A DNA stretch of 64,000 nucleotides from Bacteroidota bacterium (GTDB lineage: Bacteria > Bacteroidota > Bacteroidia > Bacteroidales > B39-G9): the NCBI GenBank assembly GCA_015222055.1, contig JADFUR010000066.1, positions 7,933-71,932 of the forward strand, read 5' to 3'. The notes beneath the pieces are model-generated. The model made no database searches. It had not been told where the DNA came from and saw nothing but the letters and a program-made list of their open reading frames with translations. Below are positions 59,537 through 64,000 of the stretch, piece after piece. The translations under genes were made by a program, and so were the position numbers. Positions within the stretch are counted from its first letter, which is position 1. Each line of letters begins with the position of its first letter.

Positions 59537-60262
59537 ATGCCATATCGACGATTACCAAACAACGATAGTGCGAGATACAGAGCTTTAGAAACTGCTCAAC
59601 AAAAAGTCAACAACTCCACAACAGAAGACCTTGCCTTGTCGCAAAAGACTATACAGAGATTAAAATATTTTTTACCCACATATAAACAAGCAAACATATA
59701 TGTAAATCAATCTCGAACAAATCGCATTCAAAAAAACAAGCAATATTTAGACAGGCAAAAAAAAGTTAGATTATATATTTCGCATTTTATTCAGGTATTA
59801 AACCTTGCAATTATTAGGGGGGAATTATCTCCTCTGATTAGAAAATTTTATGATTTACAAAACTTCGATAAAAAAATTCCACCATTAAATACAGAACAAG
59901 ATATTATTCTTTGGGGGAAAAAAATTATTGAAGGCGAAGCCGAAAGACTATCTACTGGAGGAAGTCCAATAACAAACCCAACAATTGCCTTAGTTAAAGT
60001 CCAGTATGAAAAATTTATTCAGTCGTTTAATAATCAATCCGATTTACAAAGAATTTATATAAAAGCTCAAAAAAAAATTTCTTTATTAAAAGAAGAGGCT
60101 GATGATATTATTTTAAACATTTGGAATGAAACAGAAGCCCATTTTCAAAACATTCCCGATGACCTAATGCGTGAAAAAAGTATTGAGTATGGAATTATTT
60201 ATGTCTATCGTAAAAACGAAACCTCTTATTTTTCGAATGTTAACTTAAATTTAACTGCATAA
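59537..60262 (+). CDS. Conserved Bacteroidota hypothetical helical protein
   Basis: MPYRRLP.D..R.RAL start, YISHFIQVLN..RGE, PITNPTIALVKV, IWNETE. Confidence 0.75.
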   Translation: MPYRRLPNNDSARYRALETAQQKVNNSTTEDLALSQKTIQRLKYFLPTYKQANIYVNQSRTNRIQKNKQYLDRQKKVRLYISHFIQVLNLAIIRGELSPLIRKFYDLQNFDKKIPPLNTEQDIILWGKKIIEGEAERLSTGGSPITNPTIALVKVQYEKFIQSFNNQSDLQRIYIKAQKKISLLKEEADDIILNIWNETEAHFQNIPDDLMREKSIEYGIIYVYRKNETSYFSNVNLNLTA

Positions 60263-60447
60263 CATACAATTACCTCTTGTTTTACTTTTCATATAACATC
60301 ATCAAGATTCATTGTCAGTGATTTGGGTTGATTTTTATTTGTAGCTATTTAGCCTTCTTTTAACGAAATTCACCCTGTGAAATACGAAGCTATATTTAAA
60401 CTGTGACGCCCACACTGTGGAGTATCAGGGTTATTCCTTTCAAATTC

Positions 60448-61389
60448 CTAATTATTAATTCTTAATTCCTTATGAGAAGTCTCTTGTTTATAAATTACAA
60501 AAACTAAATAAGTTACAATTAAGATACTAAATATTAAATACACCATTGTATCAATATTTTTTCCAACATTATCAATTTCCTTACTAACATCATTCTTGTT
60601 TGCAAAAAAATAATAGATAACAGCAAAACTATTGTTAACGAAATGAGCAATAATAGGAAGCCAAATTGTTTTACTCCAAACCAATAAATATCCTAAAAAG
60701 ACCCCCATTATCATTCGAGGAATAAAGCCATAAAATTGCATGTGCATGGCACTAAAAAGAATCGCAGCAATAATAACTCCCCAATGAACATTTTTTGTCA
60801 TGTTAATAAATATTTTTTGAAATACTCCTCTAAAAAGCAATTCTTCACCAATAGCCGGAATTATGGCAATAACAAAAAGATTAATAAAAAGCCCCGCTGT
60901 TGTTGTAGTCGACATAAAAGCCTCGGTAATTTTTTGGGCATTAAGCTCTGATTTTTTCATCCATTCTTCAAATGAAGATAAAAAATCAGGCAAAATAAGT
61001 CTTGAGTTTATTTCAGCTAAAAAATTAATTATTGGCACTGCCGTTATCATAACAAGTGCTGCCAAAATAACTGACATTTGTTTTGGACTAATATTAATTT
61101 TTAAATATTTAGCAACTTTTGTATCAAAACAAAAAGCCATGATAAAAGCGGGTAAAATAAAAAGTCCAATTGTTTGAACAACTTGAAAATATTTTAAAAC
61201 ATTGATACTTTCGGCTGAGATATTTGAAATTGCATACGGATTTTGGAAAATATTTACTTTGAAAAACGGTATAGCCAAAACAGCACCAGCAAGAAAAATA
61301 AACAAAAATGACACTACAATAATAAACAATGAAAAGAAAAATTTTTCTATTGGCTTACTTTTTGACAACAATCCTTTATGAATAAACAT
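60448..61389 (-). CDS. CPBP-family (CAAX/Abi) intramembrane metalloprotease
   Basis: PAIGEELLFRG, FSAMH, HFVNN. Confidence 0.92.
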   Translation of the reverse strand: MFIHKGLLSKSKPIEKFFFSLFIIVVSFLFIFLAGAVLAIPFFKVNIFQNPYAISNISAESINVLKYFQVVQTIGLFILPAFIMAFCFDTKVAKYLKINISPKQMSVILAALVMITAVPIINFLAEINSRLILPDFLSSFEEWMKKSELNAQKITEAFMSTTTTAGLFINLFVIAIIPAIGEELLFRGVFQKIFINMTKNVHWGVIIAAILFSAMHMQFYGFIPRMIMGVFLGYLLVWSKTIWLPIIAHFVNNSFAVIYYFFANKNDVSKEIDNVGKNIDTMVYLIFSILIVTYLVFVIYKQETSHKELRINN

Positions 61390-61443
61390 TTTATAATAAA
61401 TTATTTTTAATACTTTTGTTGCGAAAATACAAAATATATTAAC

Positions 61444-62427
61444 ATGATAAAAATTGGAGGTATTACACTTAAAAAAAAACCTCTTCTGCTTGCTCCAATG
61501 GAAGATATTAGCGACCCTCCATTTAGATTTTTATGTAAACAATATGGTGCAGATATAATGTTTACTGAATTTATTGCTTCGGAAGGGCTAATTCGCGATG
61601 CAACAAAAAGCATAAAAAAATTACAAATTTCCGATTATGAAAGACCAATAGCAATTCAAATTTTTGGCAATAAAATTTCTTCAATGGTTGAAGCTGCAAA
61701 AATTGCAGAACAGGCAAATCCGGATTTTATTGATATAAATTACGGATGTCCTGTAAAAAAAATTGCGATGAAAGGCTCTGGAGCAGGTATGCTTAAAGAT
61801 ATTGATTTTATGGTTGAGATGACAGCAGAAATTGTAAAAGCTGTTAAACTTCCCATAACAGTAAAAACCCGCTTAGGTTGGGACAATAGCAAAAAAAATA
61901 TTGTAGAAATTGCGGAGAGACTTCAAGACGTTGGTATTGCTGCAATCACAATTCATGGACGAACAAGAGCTCAGATGTATAAAGGCGAAGCCGATTGGAC
62001 GTTGATTGGCGAAGTAAAAAACAATCAACGCATGAACATCCCCATTTTTGGCAACGGTGATGTTGACAGTCCCGAAAAAGCAGAATTAATGTATAATAAA
62101 TATGGTGTTGACGGAATTATGATTGGCAGAGCTTGCGTTGGAAAACCTTGGCTTTTTAATCAAATAAAACAATACTTAGATAAAGGGGAAATAATTCCAG
62201 ACCCATTAATAAAAGAAAAAGTAGAAATGGTTAAAACACATTTTAAAAAATCGCTTGAGTGGAAAGGTTTACCAACAGGAATTTTTGAAATGAGACGACA
62301 ATTTGCCAATTATTTTAAAGGACTTCCAAATTTCAAAACAACAAGACTTAAGCTATTAACCTCAGAAAACACAACAGAAATAATTGATATTTTGGATAAA
62401 ATCGCAATTGATTATAAAAATTATTAA
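61444..62427 (+). CDS. dusB: tRNA-dihydrouridine synthase B
   Basis: LAPMED, DINYGCPVKK, TVKTRLGWD, IHGRTR, GNGD, MIGR. Confidence 0.95.
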   Translation: MIKIGGITLKKKPLLLAPMEDISDPPFRFLCKQYGADIMFTEFIASEGLIRDATKSIKKLQISDYERPIAIQIFGNKISSMVEAAKIAEQANPDFIDINYGCPVKKIAMKGSGAGMLKDIDFMVEMTAEIVKAVKLPITVKTRLGWDNSKKNIVEIAERLQDVGIAAITIHGRTRAQMYKGEADWTLIGEVKNNQRMNIPIFGNGDVDSPEKAELMYNKYGVDGIMIGRACVGKPWLFNQIKQYLDKGEIIPDPLIKEKVEMVKTHFKKSLEWKGLPTGIFEMRRQFANYFKGLPNFKTTRLKLLTSENTTEIIDILDKIAIDYKNY

Positions 62428-62539
62428 AAATATCTGTTCTAAACAGAAAAAATTTTGCAATAATTTAAATGAATTAAATATCTTTGTATAACTTTTTATT
62501 TATTAAAGATTAAAAAAAATAAAACAAAACCCAAAAATT

Positions 62540-62917
62540 ATGAATATACCTGAAAATTTAAAATACACGAAAGACCATGAATGGGTACGTGTTGAAGGAA
62601 ACGAGGCTTATGTAGGAGTTACTGATTTTGCACAAGGCGAATTAGGAGACATTGTTTTTGTTGAAATTGAAACCGAAGGTGAACATCTTGACAAAGAAGA
62701 AACTTTTGGAACTATAGAAGCAGTAAAAACTGTGTCTGACATTTTCATGCCAATTTCTGGCGAAGTTCTTGAAGTAAATCCAAAAACTGAAGAAACTCCT
62801 GAAATTGTTAACAAAGATCCTTATGGAGAAGGTTGGTTAGTTAAAATTTCTATTAAAGATGCATCTCAGCTTGAGGAATTATTAACTCCTGAGCAATATA
62901 CAGAAGCAACAAAATAA
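62540..62917 (+). CDS. gcvH: Glycine cleavage system H protein
   Basis: [30 protein letters not shown] (lipoyl Lys), DPYGEGW. Confidence 0.97.
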   Translation: MNIPENLKYTKDHEWVRVEGNEAYVGVTDFAQGELGDIVFVEIETEGEHLDKEETFGTIEAVKTVSDIFMPISGEVLEVNPKTEETPEIVNKDPYGEGWLVKISIKDASQLEELLTPEQYTEATK

Positions 62918-62929
62918 TTTTATTACAAA

Positions 62930-62961
62930 AAAAATCCCGACAAAAAGTCGGGTTTTTTTTT
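62930..62961 (+). terminator. Terminator after gcvH
   Basis: CCCGAC-aaaaa-GTCGGG followed by a T-run. Confidence 0.75.
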
Positions 62962-63050
62962 GTCTAAAAAATTCGCAATACAAAAATAACACAATAATTT
63001 TTTACTCATTCTTGTTTTAATATTTCTGCATTTATATTAAATTCGCATAT

Positions 63051-63530
63051 ATGAACAATAATATTACAATTTATACTGATGGTGCTGCTCGCGGAAATCC
63101 CGGGCCAGGAGGTTATGGCATTGTTTTGAAAACCGACAAACACAGAAAAGAATTATCACAAGGATATAAATTAACTACCAATAATCGCATGGAACTCTTG
63201 GCTGTTATTGTTGCTCTCGAACAACTGAAAAACAAAAACAGCAATGTTACAATTTATACAGACTCAAAATATGTTGTTGATGCTGTTGAAAAAAAATGGC
63301 TTTTTAATTGGGAAAAAACAAATTTCAAAAAAAAGAAAAACCCAGATTTGTGGAAACGCTTTTTAAAAATACATCCCAATCACACAGTTAAATTTATATG
63401 GATAAAAGGACATAACGATATTGTTGAAAATGAAGTGTGCGACAAATTAGCTGTTGAAGCTTCAAAAAAAGCTAATCTTCTTATTGATGAAGAATATGTA
63501 AAACAAAAAGGGGGCAACACTTTTTTGTAA
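63051..63530 (+). CDS. rnhA: Ribonuclease HI
   Basis: YTDGAARGNPGPGG, TTNNRMEL, TDSKYV, WIKGH, NEVCD. Confidence 0.97.
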   Translation: MNNNITIYTDGAARGNPGPGGYGIVLKTDKHRKELSQGYKLTTNNRMELLAVIVALEQLKNKNSNVTIYTDSKYVVDAVEKKWLFNWEKTNFKKKKNPDLWKRFLKIHPNHTVKFIWIKGHNDIVENEVCDKLAVEASKKANLLIDEEYVKQKGGNTFL

Positions 63531-63592
63531 TTGAATTTAGAACTTGTCTTTAATCACTTTCGCTTTTTATTTTGTCTTAAAAAAAACAGAAC

Positions 63593-64000
63593 ATGAAAAA
63601 AATTGCCATTTTTGCTTCAGGCTCAGGAACAAATACACAAAACATTATTGAATATTTCAAAGACAACAAAAACATTAAAGTTCAAACAATTTTATCAAAC
63701 AATAAAGATGCTTATGTAATTGAACGTGCAAAAAAATTTAATATACCAGACCTAGTTTTTGACAAACATAAATTTTACGAAACGAATATTATTGAAAATT
63801 TTCTGCTCGTAGCAAAAACTGACTTTATCGTTTTAGCCGGATTTTTATGGCTAATACCCGAAAAATTCATTAACACATTCGAAAATAAAATTATAAATAT
63901 TCATCCAGCACTACTTCCAAAATATGGCGGTAAAGGAATGTATGGAGCAAAAGTTCATGAAGAAGTGCTTAAAAATAAAGACAAAGAAACAGGCATAACA
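63593..64000 (+). CDS. purN: Phosphoribosylglycinamide formyltransferase (partial; runs off the window)
   Basis: Not in the ORF track: MKKIAIFASGSGTN...IVLAGFLWLIP...IINIHPALLPKYGGKGMYG. Confidence 0.95.
   Translation, partial: MKKIAIFASGSGTNTQNIIEYFKDNKNIKVQTILSNNKDAYVIERAKKFNIPDLVFDKHKFYETNIIENFLLVAKTDFIVLAGFLWLIPEKFINTFENKIINIHPALLPKYGGKGMYGAKVHEEVLKNKDKETGIT

Noticed and set aside
60262-60435. Coding-looking minus-strand stretch (KEG*IATNKNQPKSLTMNLDDVI*KVK) and a partial CCCTGTGAAATAC palindrome arm
   Set aside because: It has two stops and no family I can recognise, and the second arm is missing, so it is too weak to call.
5023-62814. Numerous 60-143 aa ORFs overlapping long genes (e.g. 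10837..11214, 40036..40380, 55143..55574, 60863..61177)
   Set aside because: They are antisense or alternate-frame shadows of well-supported genes, with no recognisable motifs.

Overview
This is a very AT-rich chromosomal window from a Bacteroidota bacterium. The assignment rests on the LpxC-FabZ fusion, a T9SS C-terminal domain protein, TAnnTTTG -7 promoters and DUF4249/TonB-receptor pairs. The housekeeping backbone comprises a deoxynucleoside kinase, lpxC/fabZ-lpxA, thiL, a suf operon with mnmA between sufB and sufC, a Crp/Fnr regulator, an OsmC-family gene, lon, a GlmU-like gene, tRNA-Gln, a DUF2723-like gene, purD, tRNA-Phe, aminopeptidase P, dusB, gcvH, rnhA and purN. Four accessory parts stand out. 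(i) Positions 1-11.9 kb hold a stand-alone LytTR regulator with candidate binding repeats, a DUF3103-like lipoprotein, three divergent TonB-receptor/DUF4249 pairs and a lipoprotein/DsbA deletion scar. (ii) A 1393-aa protein fuses a GT4 glycosyltransferase to a phosphodiester glycosidase. (iii) A CotH-kinase/VTC/DUF4956 operon lies at 39-43.6 kb. (iv) Several segments are flanked by direct repeats, and at least five gene remnants are missed or misread by the ORF track, including a collapsed fourth DUF4249-TonB module. No CRISPR array, rRNA, integrase or transposase was seen. All family calls come from motif recognition by eye, not database searches.
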